This document shows, piece after piece, positions 8,633 through 17,064 of a stretch of 64,000 nt of DNA. A program made the translations under genes and the position numbers. This DNA is from Thermoplasmata archaeon (GTDB lineage Archaea; Thermoplasmatota; Thermoplasmata; UBA10834), in NCBI GenBank assembly GCA_041554135.1, contig JBFFML010000001.1, positions 95,459 through 159,458 of the forward strand. Direction: 5' to 3'. Within the stretch, counting starts at the first letter, position 1. Each line of letters opens with the position of its first letter. The notes under the pieces are model-generated. The model did no database searches and was not told the DNA's origin. It saw only the letters and a program-made list of their open reading frames with translations.

Positions 8633-9145
8633 GTGCTGTCTGAGGCCAGCGATGTAAGAGGTGCGCCCACGAAACGAACCACACATCTCCTGTCCGGAGC
8701 CGCCGTCGGGGCTCTTCTGTCGTTCCTGACGGGCGAGGACCTGTTCGCGCTCGTCGCCGTGGGGAGCGTCGCGGGGATCGCTCCGGACTTCGACCTGCTC
8801 CTCGCCCCCATGGCACGAGGCATCCACAGGTCGGCCGCCTCGCACAGCCTTCTCGCAGCGGTCGTCCTGTCGTCCTCCTGGGCGGCTGTCCTGGTGCTAC
8901 TGATGTCCGAGGCCGACGCGCCGATGTTGGACGGCGGTTTCGTCCTCGCGTCGAGCCTCGTCGTGTTCCTGTCTGTGTTCTTGCACGCCGCCGAGGACTC
9001 CCTCACGATCGCCGGGTGCACGCTCCTCTACCCCGTCTCACGGCGAAGATGGAAAGGCCCTGTCAGATACGACGACTTCTTGGTCAACACGGCGATATCC
9101 GCTTCGGCTGTCCTCGTTGCGCTCGTCTGCGCGGGAGATCTCTGA
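8633..9145 (+). CDS. Membrane-bound metal-dependent hydrolase (YdjM/DUF457-like)
   Basis: THLLSG...APDFD...HRSAASHSL...LHAAEDSLTIAGCTLLYP on a hydrophobic background. GTG start. Confidence 0.6.
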   Translation: MLSEASDVRGAPTKRTTHLLSGAAVGALLSFLTGEDLFALVAVGSVAGIAPDFDLLLAPMARGIHRSAASHSLLAAVVLSSSWAAVLVLLMSEADAPMLDGGFVLASSLVVFLSVFLHAAEDSLTIAGCTLLYPVSRRRWKGPVRYDDFLVNTAISASAVLVALVCAGDL

Positions 9146-9189
9146 CGTGATGTCGCACGGCACACCCGTCGCCGAGGCGTGAAGGCAAG

Positions 9190-9197
9190 TTATAAAT
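9190..9197 (+). promoter_or_regulatory. TATA-box candidate (TTATAAAT) upstream of gcvH
   Basis: AAGTTATAAATTCGG lies about 40 nt before ATG 9236. GGGAGG at 9224-9229 is a Shine-Dalgarno candidate. Confidence 0.4.
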
Positions 9198-9235
9198 TCG
9201 GCTAACGGCATCAGAAGCAAAGAGGGAGGCGAGAT

Positions 9236-9619
9236 ATGTCCGATATTCAGCCAGGCCTCAGATACACGAAGGATCACGAATACGTGAAAGCCGAGGGTAA
9301 GTTTGCGAAGATAGGGCTCACGGACTACGCTCAGAGCGAGCTCACTGAGATAGTGTTCGTGGAACTGCCCTCGATCGGCAAGGAGGTCAATGCCGGCGAC
9401 GTCATAGCCAACGTCGAGTCGGTCAAGACGGTCTCCGAGGTGTTCTCCCCCGTGCCGGGCGTCGTGAAAGAGGTGAACGACACGCTGGTCGACTCGCCCG
9501 AACTCCTCAACACGGACCCTTACGGCCAGGGCTGGATAGCCGTCATCGAGGTGCCCGACTTAGGTGTGCTCGAGCCGCTCATGTCCGCCGACGATTATCG
9601 GAAGCTGTTAGGAGAGTAG
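9236..9619 (+). CDS. gcvH: Glycine-cleavage-system H protein (lipoyl carrier)
   Basis: YTKDHEYV...GLTDYAQSELTEIVFVELP...VESVKTVSEVFSPV (lipoyl-Lys motif)...DPYGQGW. TAG stop. Confidence 0.9.
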   Translation: MSDIQPGLRYTKDHEYVKAEGKFAKIGLTDYAQSELTEIVFVELPSIGKEVNAGDVIANVESVKTVSEVFSPVPGVVKEVNDTLVDSPELLNTDPYGQGWIAVIEVPDLGVLEPLMSADDYRKLLGE

Positions 9620-9643
9620 CGCCGTCGCTCTCGAGGTGGTTCT

Positions 9644-10150
9644 ATGAAGCGCAAGCTATCGGTCGGCGACGCTCAGGACGCGTTCTCAGGCTTTCCAGTG
9701 GTGCTCGGGACCGTCCACGGTGAGAAGGACAATGTCATCACGCTCGCGCTCTGCCACGCCTTCTCGTTCTCCCCGCCGCTCATGGGCGTCGGCATCGCGC
9801 CGGAGCGTCACAGCTTCGGCCTGTTCAAGCAGAGCAAGGATTTCGCGGTCAACATACCCGACGCGTCTATGCTCAGGGCAGTCAAGGTCTGCGGCGCGAA
9901 GTCAGGCAGGGACGTGGACAAGTTCGAGGTCGCTGGCCTCACCAAGGAGAAGGCCGAGGTCGTGTCGGCTCCGCTCATCGCTGAGTGCCCGGTCAACATC
10001 GAATGCGTGAAGACCCACGAGGTCGAGACGGGCGACCATGTGTGGTTCGTGGGTGAGATAGTCGCCGCTAGGCAGAAGGAGGACTACGACCCCAAGGAGA
10101 TGTTGTTCTACTGGGGAGAGTACCGGACCATCGGAGAGCTCGTCAAGTAG
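9644..10150 (+). CDS. Flavin reductase-like (FMN-binding split-barrel) protein
   Basis: FPVVLGTV...NVITLALCHAFSFSPPLMGVGIAPERHS...FAVNIP...GDHVWFVGEIV. Starts 24 nt after gcvH, in the same frame. Confidence 0.7.
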   Translation: MKRKLSVGDAQDAFSGFPVVLGTVHGEKDNVITLALCHAFSFSPPLMGVGIAPERHSFGLFKQSKDFAVNIPDASMLRAVKVCGAKSGRDVDKFEVAGLTKEKAEVVSAPLIAECPVNIECVKTHEVETGDHVWFVGEIVAARQKEDYDPKEMLFYWGEYRTIGELVK

Positions 10151-10224
10151 CCCGAGGCATGCCACACTCGCTGTCCCAAAGCCGCGTCGACCGAGGCATC
10201 CTGGCTCGATGCAATTCGGCCAAC

Positions 10225-10232
10225 CTATAAAT
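10225..10232 (+). promoter_or_regulatory. TATA-box candidate (CTATAAAT) upstream of the molybdopterin oxidoreductase gene
   Basis: CAACCTATAAATTCCC. GGAGG at about 10278-10282 lies 9 nt before TTG 10292. Confidence 0.35.
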
Positions 10233-10291
10233 TCCCGTACAAGCCTATCTGTCAGCTGAAGCCGTCAGGCACACCCCCAGGAGGCCCCGCC

Positions 10292-12235
10292 TTGTATCTG
10301 TTCAGCACATGTCCCAGAGACTGCTACGACACTTGTTCGATGATATCCCGCGTGCGAGCGGAGAAGTTGCACGCGGTGGAGCCAAACAAGAAACACCCGT
10401 TCACAGGGAAGATGCTCTGCCCGAAGGCGAAGAACCTCCAGCAGTACGTCTACTCGAAGGATCGGGTCCTTCACCCAATGATCCGGGTGGGGAAGAAGGG
10501 AAGCGGGGAGTTCGACCGGATATCCTGGAGCGTCGCGCTGAAGCGCATAGCCCAGGAGATCGCTGACCGTTCGGGCGAGTTCGGCACTCAGTCGATCGTG
10601 CAGTTCGGTCACGCGGGCAACACCGGTCTCATCCAGAGGAACTTCCCGAGCAGGTTCTTCAACGCCATCGGAGCGGCGAAGGTCGACGAGACAATATGTT
10701 CCGACGCGGGCGACAAGGCTCTCGAAGTGGTCTACGGCTCCTCCGCGGGTATGTTCCCAGAGGAGATCGAGAAGTGCAGGCTCATCGTCGTCTGGGGCAT
10801 GAACCCTGCATGGTCCAGCCCGCACACGTTCGAGATGCTGAAGCGGGCGAAGAAGGCAGGGGCGAAGATATACGTCATCGACCCGATACGGACCCCCACC
10901 GCGGAGATAGGGACGCACCTGCAGGTGAGGCCGACCATGGATGCAGTCCTCGCGCTGGGGTGCATCAACCACCTCATCGAGAACAGGCTCTGCGACGAGG
11001 ACTTCGTGAAACGCCACACCGTCGGCTTCGACAGGCTCGCGGAGATCGCCAAGAAGTTCGACATGAGGAACATATCGAAGGCGACGGGCCTCAACATCAG
11101 GGTGATCGAGGACTTCATAGCCGATTACGCCTCGATGCGTCCCAGCTGCATAATGATGGGCTACGGCATGCAGCGCAACAGGAACGGCGGCGAGATGATA
11201 CGCGCCATCAGCGTCCTGCCCGCCCTGATAGGCGAGAGGAGGGGTTTCTACTACTCCAACGATGCCGCCGTCGTCGACATGGACTACCTTCAGGGCTCGA
11301 AGCTCACGTCCCGTGTCAAGGTCCGTTACGGCATGGTGGATTTCGCGAGGACCCTGAGCACAGGCAAGGTGAAGATGGTCTTCGTGTACGGATCGAACCC
11401 GTTGGCCACGCTGCCCAACCAGTCACTTCTGAGGAAGGGGTTCTCGAGGGACGATGTGTTCGTTGTCGTGCACGAGCTCTTCATGACGGACACGGCGGAC
11501 TACGCGGACATCGTCCTCCCAGCGACGACGTTCTTCGAGCATACGGACATCAACGCGTCGTACCTGCATCCGTACCTGTCGCTCAACGAGAAGGCGATCG
11601 AGCCGCTGGGCGAGTCGAAGAGCAACACGGACCTGTTCAGGGCGTTGGCGGCGGAGATGAAGCTTTCTCACAGGGAGCTGTTCGAGGAGGACGAGAAGAT
11701 AGCGAGGCACATCGTGTCCAAGGGCAAGTCCGTCAAGGGCTCGTTCGACACGTTGAAGAAGAAAGGCTTCCTCGAGCTGAAGCTGCCGGACAGGCGCGCC
11801 TTCCCCACGCCCTCCGGGAAGATCGAGCTGTACTCGGCCTCCGCCGAGGAGGCGGGGCTCGGCGGACTGCCGATGCACATCGATGTCCAGGGCAAGCTGC
11901 CTTACCAGCTCATATCACCGGTGCACAAGCTCCTATGCCGGTCGCAATACCACAACCGGTGGGGCGATGTCGAGCCCACGGTCTACATATCGCCCAACGA
12001 CGCGAGGAGCGAGAAGGTCGAGTCGGGCTCCAAGGTCAGGTTGAAGAACGAGTTCGGCGAGATCACGGTCAGCGCGGAAGTGTCGGAGGACGTGCCCGAC
12101 GGCGTGCTGCTGGCCTACTCCGCGCTTTGGCCCAAGCTCTCCGGCGGGACGAACGTGAACTTCATCACGACGGACTTCGTCCAGCGGTTCGGCGGATGCT
12201 CGGCGCTGAACTCTACGTTCGTTGAGATCCTGTGA
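10292..12235 (+). CDS. Molybdopterin (bis-MGD) oxidoreductase family protein, cytoplasmic, substrate unknown
   Basis: N-terminal 4Fe-4S motif CPRDCYDTCSM...C. MopB-like blocks are IVVWGMNPAWS, IYVIDPIRT and ADIVLPATTFFE. A C-terminal barrel reads GDVEPTVYISPNDA...V...NEFGEI. No Tat signal is visible. Confidence 0.8.
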   Translation: MYLFSTCPRDCYDTCSMISRVRAEKLHAVEPNKKHPFTGKMLCPKAKNLQQYVYSKDRVLHPMIRVGKKGSGEFDRISWSVALKRIAQEIADRSGEFGTQSIVQFGHAGNTGLIQRNFPSRFFNAIGAAKVDETICSDAGDKALEVVYGSSAGMFPEEIEKCRLIVVWGMNPAWSSPHTFEMLKRAKKAGAKIYVIDPIRTPTAEIGTHLQVRPTMDAVLALGCINHLIENRLCDEDFVKRHTVGFDRLAEIAKKFDMRNISKATGLNIRVIEDFIADYASMRPSCIMMGYGMQRNRNGGEMIRAISVLPALIGERRGFYYSNDAAVVDMDYLQGSKLTSRVKVRYGMVDFARTLSTGKVKMVFVYGSNPLATLPNQSLLRKGFSRDDVFVVVHELFMTDTADYADIVLPATTFFEHTDINASYLHPYLSLNEKAIEPLGESKSNTDLFRALAAEMKLSHRELFEEDEKIARHIVSKGKSVKGSFDTLKKKGFLELKLPDRRAFPTPSGKIELYSASAEEAGLGGLPMHIDVQGKLPYQLISPVHKLLCRSQYHNRWGDVEPTVYISPNDARSEKVESGSKVRLKNEFGEITVSAEVSEDVPDGVLLAYSALWPKLSGGTNVNFITTDFVQRFGGCSALNSTFVEIL

Positions 12236-12247
12236 CCGGCCGGACGC

Positions 12248-13612
12248 CTACGCGTATCCGAAAAACTCCTTGTGGATCCCGCGGACGGTCTTCCTCAGGT
12301 CCTTCTGGTCCACGGTGAAGTGATAAGCCACGGTCGACGCCCCCGCTGAGATCAGCTCGACGTTCACGTTCTTCGAGGCGACGGCCCTGAACACCCTCGC
12401 TGCCACGCCCTTCGTCCTGCCGAGCCCCTCCCCGACGGTGCACACGAGCGCCCTCCCCGACTCGATCTCGAAGGTCTCGCCCACGCCCGCGATGTGCGTC
12501 TTCATGGCCCTTTTCGCCGCGGGCACGTCGTTGTCGTCGATGATCACGGCTACGCATGTTTGCGATGTCGTGGCGGAGAACAGGTTGATGCCTTCGTTCT
12601 TCAGGCAAGTGGATATGTCCGAGAGGAAGCCAGACTTGTACCCCGCGCCGGTGTCGTATATCTTCAGCGTGGCGACCTTCGGGACGTAAGACACGCTCTT
12701 GATGACGTCCTTCCTCGTCGCCTTGCTGTTGCCGATGTAGGTCCCGGGCGACTTGGGGTCGTACAGGTTCTTGATTATGATCTCGATCCCGCGCTGCCGC
12801 GCGGGCTGTACCGCCCTCGGATGCAGCACCTGCGCGCCGAAGTATGCCAGCTCCGCGGCCTCCTCGTACGAGAGCCGGTCTATGAGAAACGAGTCCTTCA
12901 CGATCTTCGGGTCGGCGCTGAGGAACCCGTCCACCTCCTTCCAGATCTCGATGGGGCCGGACTTCAGCGAGTATGCTATGACGGACGCCGTGTAGTCCGT
13001 GCCGCTCCTGCCGAACGTCGACACGTGGCCGTTCTTCGTCGTGCCGAAGAACCCCGTGACGACGGGGACCATGCCCTTGTCGACGGCGCTCTCGAGCGTG
13101 GGGCGAAGGTTCTTCTCGCACTCGCCCAGGATAGCCACCGCGTTGTAGTGCTCGTTGTTCGTCACCAGGCCGAGGGCGTCGGTCTCCATCGCCACTGCGT
13201 CGAGGCCAGCGTGCGACAGCCTTGCGGCGACGACGACGGCCGAGAGCCTCTCGCCCGCGCTGAGTATAAGGTCATAGGTCCTCGGCGTCAGCTCCTCGGT
13301 GTACATCACGCCGTACAGGAGCCTGTCCAGCTTCGTTATCTTCTTCTCTATCATGTCGAGCGATTCCTTCCTCGCGTCGCCGTCGCGCTTCGGCAGGAGG
13401 TCGATGTGCCTCTGCTTGAGCTTCAAGAGGAAGTCGTCTATCTCGTTCTCCTGGCGGGGGGCGGTCACGAACGCCTTGAGCGAGTCCGTCACGCCCGATG
13501 CTGCGGACACCGTGACTATGCGGTCCTCCTCCTCGTCCCTGACGACCTTCGCGACCCTCCTGAGGGCGTCGTTCGTCCCTAGACACGTGCCCCCGAACTT
13601 CAGTATCTTCAG
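12248..13612 (-). CDS. Aspartate kinase (with C-terminal ACT domains); probable CTG start in a CTGA overlap
   Basis: The track ORF 12248..13510 starts at a GTG inside the kinase domain. In the same frame upstream I read LKILKFGGTCLGTNDALRRVAKVV...TVSAASGVTD, so the KFGGT nucleotide-binding motif lies upstream of that GTG. No ATG, GTG or TTG occurs in frame there. CTG 13612-13610 overlaps the TGA of the preceding gene. Later motifs are GRSGTDYTA and YFGAQVLHP. TAG stop. Confidence 0.85.
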   Translation of the reverse strand: MKILKFGGTCLGTNDALRRVAKVVRDEEEDRIVTVSAASGVTDSLKAFVTAPRQENEIDDFLLKLKQRHIDLLPKRDGDARKESLDMIEKKITKLDRLLYGVMYTEELTPRTYDLILSAGERLSAVVVAARLSHAGLDAVAMETDALGLVTNNEHYNAVAILGECEKNLRPTLESAVDKGMVPVVTGFFGTTKNGHVSTFGRSGTDYTASVIAYSLKSGPIEIWKEVDGFLSADPKIVKDSFLIDRLSYEEAAELAYFGAQVLHPRAVQPARQRGIEIIIKNLYDPKSPGTYIGNSKATRKDVIKSVSYVPKVATLKIYDTGAGYKSGFLSDISTCLKNEGINLFSATTSQTCVAVIIDDNDVPAAKRAMKTHIAGVGETFEIESGRALVCTVGEGLGRTKGVAARVFRAVASKNVNVELISAGASTVAYHFTVDQKDLRKTVRGIHKEFFGYA

Positions 13613-14397
13613 ACCATCACCTTCCGACGCCCCTGGTGCGCCGCGGGATCGCCCAGGTATCTGCTAGAGGACATGCTGCTGTGCGCTGTCACGCTCTGGG
13701 GGCTGTGCGCCACCTCCACGATGTCGGGGAAGTCCCCGCATATCGCCACCTCGCCCGCGAGAGCCGCCAGTCCACCTATGAACCCCGGCGACGCGCTGAA
13801 ACCGTCAAAGCACGTCTCCAGGTCGCGTGCCGTCCTGACGCCGTTCCCTATCGCCGTCGCGTACGCGTCGGCGAGCGTCGCCGAGTCCGCGAGGACGGTG
13901 CTCACGTCGCATTGGCCGAGGCTGATCGAATGGCCCATCGCGCCGCTCGAGGAGCATATGCCCCGGACACGGTCCTCGGGGCCGACCTCGAAGCCGTATG
14001 CCGCGTCCGACCCCGGTCCGCCGAACACCTCCACCGTCACGGGCGACGACAGCAGGAGCGCGATGTCACCTCCGTTGTCCACCCAGCAGTGGTCGCACCC
14101 ACGCTCGGCCATCGCTTCGACCGCGGCCTGCGCGATGGCTCCAGCGACGGTCGCCATGGGCCCGACGCCCGCTGCCCGGGCCGCGTCGCACATACCCCTC
14201 ACGACACCGTCGATCTCGTCGTCGAGGTCGTAAGGCTCGAACGTCGTAAGGAAGAAGCGGTCCTTGGAGATCCGTCGGCGTATCTCCTCTCTCGCGTCCA
14301 CTATGCCGCTCACCGCCGCGTCCACGTACCTCTCGTCCGCGGCGACGGTGACGGCGGTCTCGCCGACCTCGAACCTCGTCTTGACGAACCTCGTCAT
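13609..14397 (-). CDS. UPF0280/COG2122 ApbE-like protein (homologue of M. acetivorans MA1715, sulfide-assimilation accessory)
   Basis: From ATG 14397: MTRFVKTRFEVGETAVTVAAD...GVGPMATVAGAIAQ...DNGGDIAL...SSGAMGHSISLGQ...ADAYATAIGN. ATGA overlap with the upstream gene. Confidence 0.7.
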   Translation of the reverse strand: MTRFVKTRFEVGETAVTVAADERYVDAAVSGIVDAREEIRRRISKDRFFLTTFEPYDLDDEIDGVVRGMCDAARAAGVGPMATVAGAIAQAAVEAMAERGCDHCWVDNGGDIALLLSSPVTVEVFGGPGSDAAYGFEVGPEDRVRGICSSSGAMGHSISLGQCDVSTVLADSATLADAYATAIGNGVRTARDLETCFDGFSASPGFIGGLAALAGEVAICGDFPDIVEVAHSPQSVTAHSSMSSSRYLGDPAAHQGRRKVMV

Positions 14398-14795
14398 ATC
14401 AGTATCTCCATCGCCCTTGGCGGGCACGCGTCGATGCAGACGCCGCAGGCGACGCACTTCTCCTCTATGAACACGACCTTCCGCGTCTTGCGGTCGAGGG
14501 TCAGGGCGTTCGTGGGGCAGATGGATATGCACACCCCGCAGTGGATGCACGCATCGTCGTCCCTCCTGACGCCCTCCTTTATCGGCCGGACGCCGACGCC
14601 TGAGTCCTTCAGGTAGTCTATGCCGTTCTTTATGCTCTCGGCCTTCCCGGAGACCTCGATGACCATCTTGCCCCCGACCTCGTCTATCTCCGCCCTGAGT
14701 ATGTTCACCAGCAGTCCGTGCTTGGCGATCAGGTCGTGCGTTATGGGCCGGTTGGACGCCTCGGGGTTGAAGTTCAGCACGAGCTTGGTCTTCAC
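14394..14795 (-). CDS. NIL-domain / 2x[4Fe-4S] ferredoxin protein (MA1822-type, homocysteine biosynthesis)
   Basis: From GTG 14795: VKTKLVLNFNPEASNRPITHDLIAKHGLLVNILRAEI (NIL domain), then CIHCGVCISICP...CVACGVCIDACP. GTGA overlap upstream and ATGA downstream. Confidence 0.8.
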   Translation of the reverse strand: MKTKLVLNFNPEASNRPITHDLIAKHGLLVNILRAEIDEVGGKMVIEVSGKAESIKNGIDYLKDSGVGVRPIKEGVRRDDDACIHCGVCISICPTNALTLDRKTRKVVFIEEKCVACGVCIDACPPRAMEILI

Positions 14796-16000
14796 TGCAT
14801 CGCCTCCTTCTCGCTTCGGACCTCGAGTGGCCTCAGCGGCCTGTCCATAGGTAACCTCTGGACGGGCTCCGTCACCTCGAACTCGCCCTTCAGTATGCGC
14901 TTCTTCAGTATCTCGGCGATCTGTCTCGCCTTGTAAATGCTCGACAGCGGGGACGTCGGGACCGTCTTGCCCTCGACCTCTATCTCCCCTGAGCTGAGCT
15001 CCTCGTATGTCACGTCCCGCAGGCAGGGTCTCGACCTCCGCTGTTGCGCATAGTCGAACAACCCCGTCACGATCTTGTCGTTCGTTATCGAGCAGGCGTT
15101 CGCCATATCCTCGTCTATGATGGGTATGGGCACGCCGATGCCGATACCGAGCGACGCGCCGTATCTTGTGAACGTGAGTCCCTTCACGAAGTCCCCCGTC
15201 ATCTGTTTCAGGTCGCCGATCACCGCCAGCGACCCGGAGGGCCTCTTCGGCACTCCGCGGGGCGTCCTGGCGACGCCGGGGTTGAACTGCGTGCCCTCCC
15301 ACACGACGAACCCGTCGCCGCCGCCCAGGAATATCCTGCTGCCGATGCCGATTGTGCGGTAGTACGGGTCGTTCAGCAGCGGCGACAGCTCGCCCGCGCA
15401 GCTGTAGGTGGCGTTTCCGAACTCAGGCAGGAGCTTGCCCATGTAGGTGTAGAGCGTCTTGGCCGAGGAATTGGTCGCGGCGACGTAGTTCTGATAGGCG
15501 TTCCTCGGGCTCATGAGCACCGCCTGGTTCATCGTCTTGAGGCTGACGTACGTGTCGATCTCCCTCAGGGGATAGCAGTCCGTCCCGTGGGCGGTCGCCC
15601 TCAGCCTCACGGCCTTCCCGCGTACGAGGTCCTCGATGACGTGCGCGCCGCCATGCAACATGTTGTTGGTCTCGTCCAGCTCGGTCGCGCCGAGGAATAT
15701 GTCCACCGCCGCGAGGCCGGCGTATGCCGGCACGCCGTCGAGCCAGGCCCGCTGCATCTTGATAGGCGGGTCCGAGTGGCCCACGTTGAAGTAGGCCCCG
15801 GACGAGCACATCGCCCCGAAGGTCGCCGTGGTGACGAGGTCGACCTCGCGGGCGGCCTTCTCCACTCCGTTCGACCTCACGAACTCCTTGAACTCCATGG
15901 CGGTCATCACGACGGCGTCGCCATCGCTCGCCTTCCTGCGTATGTCGGAGTGACTCTTGGATGGCCCCTCCTTGCCGCCAGATCTCTTCTGCTGTTTCAA
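14792..16000 (-). CDS. COG1900/DUF39 homocysteine-biosynthesis protein (MA1821 / MJ0100 N-domain type)
   Basis: DGDAVVMTAMEFKEFV...DLVTTATFGAMCSSGAYFN...GGAHVIEDLV...NAYQNYVAATN...RIFLGGGDGFVVWEGTQ. The TTG start is embedded in TTGA with the asd stop. Confidence 0.82.
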   Translation of the reverse strand: MKQQKRSGGKEGPSKSHSDIRRKASDGDAVVMTAMEFKEFVRSNGVEKAAREVDLVTTATFGAMCSSGAYFNVGHSDPPIKMQRAWLDGVPAYAGLAAVDIFLGATELDETNNMLHGGAHVIEDLVRGKAVRLRATAHGTDCYPLREIDTYVSLKTMNQAVLMSPRNAYQNYVAATNSSAKTLYTYMGKLLPEFGNATYSCAGELSPLLNDPYYRTIGIGSRIFLGGGDGFVVWEGTQFNPGVARTPRGVPKRPSGSLAVIGDLKQMTGDFVKGLTFTRYGASLGIGIGVPIPIIDEDMANACSITNDKIVTGLFDYAQQRRSRPCLRDVTYEELSSGEIEVEGKTVPTSPLSSIYKARQIAEILKKRILKGEFEVTEPVQRLPMDRPLRPLEVRSEKEAMQ

Positions 16001-17064
16001 ACCAGCCCCTCCTTGTGTGCCAGCTCGGCGTTGAGGACCGAGCCGCCGGCTCCCCCCCTGATCGTGTTGTGCACGAGCAGCAGGAACCTCATGTTGTCGT
16101 CGTCCACTCTGACCCTGCCTATCGTGACGGCCATCCCTCTCGCCCTCTCCGGCGAGCCCGCGTCGCAGTCCAATGCGGGCTGGGGCCTGTCGCGCTCCCT
16201 CCTGACGATTATAGGATTGGCCGGCGCGCTGGGCAGCGACAGCTCCTGCGGGAGCGACCTGAACCGCTCGAGCGCGGACACCAACGCCTCCTGTTCCGGG
16301 ATGTCGTCGTGCCTCGCGAACACGGCCTCCAGGTGCCCGTCCCGCACGCAGACCCTCGCGCAGGTCGCGAGTATGTTCACCGGGGCATCGACGAAGCCTT
16401 CCTCGCCGTAGCCGCCGAGTATCTTCCTGCCCTCGACGCTCATCTTCTCCTCCTCGCTCCTTATGTATGGCAGGATGTTGCCCAGGATGTCGACCGACGG
16501 GACGCCTGGATATCCCGCCCCGGAGAGCGCCTGGTATGTCGCGACGTTGAAATCCTTGAACCCGAACGAGTCGACCAACGGTTTGATGCCCAGCGCGAGC
16601 CCCGTCACGGAGCAGTTCGCGTTGGTTATGACGAACCCGCCCTTCCTCCTCCGCTCACGCTGCCGCTCGACCGCCCTCAGATGGTCGTGGTTTATCTCCG
16701 GTATCATGATGGGCGTGTCCGCCTCCATCCTGTGTGACGCGGCGTTCGAGAATACCGCCATCCCTGCCTCGGCGCACTCGTCCTCTACCTTGCCTGCGAC
16801 GTCCGATGGCAGACCGCTGAAAACGACCTCGACGCCCTCCTTCGCGAGCGCCTCCACATCGGTCGCCGCTATGGTGGTCTCCGAGAGGTCCCCTGGGAGG
16901 CCGACATCCGACAGCCTCCACACGTCCGCGAGGGACCGCCCCTCCGACCGGTCGGAGGCGCAGTACGCCACGACATCGAAGTAAGGGTGGCCGGAGAGCA
17001 TGTGGGCGAACCGCTGTCCTATCATTCCGCTCGATCCGAGTATCGCCGCCTTTCGCTTCGTCAT
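15997..17064 (-). CDS. asd: Aspartate-semialdehyde dehydrogenase
   Basis: MTKRKAAILGSSGMIGQRF...VFSNAASHRM...ITNANCSVTGL (active-site Cys)...YQALSGAGYPGV...HNTIRGGAGGSVLNAE. Confidence 0.92.
   Translation of the reverse strand: MTKRKAAILGSSGMIGQRFAHMLSGHPYFDVVAYCASDRSEGRSLADVWRLSDVGLPGDLSETTIAATDVEALAKEGVEVVFSGLPSDVAGKVEDECAEAGMAVFSNAASHRMEADTPIMIPEINHDHLRAVERQRERRRKGGFVITNANCSVTGLALGIKPLVDSFGFKDFNVATYQALSGAGYPGVPSVDILGNILPYIRSEEEKMSVEGRKILGGYGEEGFVDAPVNILATCARVCVRDGHLEAVFARHDDIPEQEALVSALERFRSLPQELSLPSAPANPIIVRRERDRPQPALDCDAGSPERARGMAVTIGRVRVDDDNMRFLLLVHNTIRGGAGGSVLNAELAHKEGLV

Noticed and set aside
8512-9021. N-terminal extensions of track ORFs beyond the motif-supported start. Examples: 7408..9021, 4373..5584, 13609..14550, 14394..15302, 17061..18893, 19219..20700, 20478..21467, 21341..23305, 53287..54471, 59893..61242, 51424..52647
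   Set aside because: In every case the extension overlaps the neighbouring real gene in another frame or strand and is Arg/Gly-rich. The homologous family N-terminus begins at an internal start that forms a 4-nt overlap with, or a short spacer from, the upstream gene.
9617-9646. The gcvH TAG stop is in frame with the downstream flavin-reductase ORF (8 sense codons between), which could suggest amber read-through or a Pyl fusion
   Set aside because: Same-frame spacing has a one-in-three chance. The spacer carries a Shine-Dalgarno-like GAGGTGG before the ATG. TAG is a common stop in this window, and no homology bridges the gap.
10696-12225. 509-aa ORF in an alternative + frame inside the molybdopterin oxidoreductase gene
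   Set aside because: Extremely Arg/Gly/His-rich low-complexity translation with no motifs. It is typical of an open off-frame in GC-rich coding DNA. The overlapping frame has clear MopB motifs.
15044-16411. 455-aa + strand ORF opposite COG1900/asd, plus similar antisense ORFs elsewhere (50534..51739 opposite glyA, 41486..42739, 19288..19923, 23170..24126, 61336..62061)
   Set aside because: Each lies opposite a gene with strong family motifs. The translations are low-complexity (R/G/P/H-rich). I take them as artefacts of high GC.
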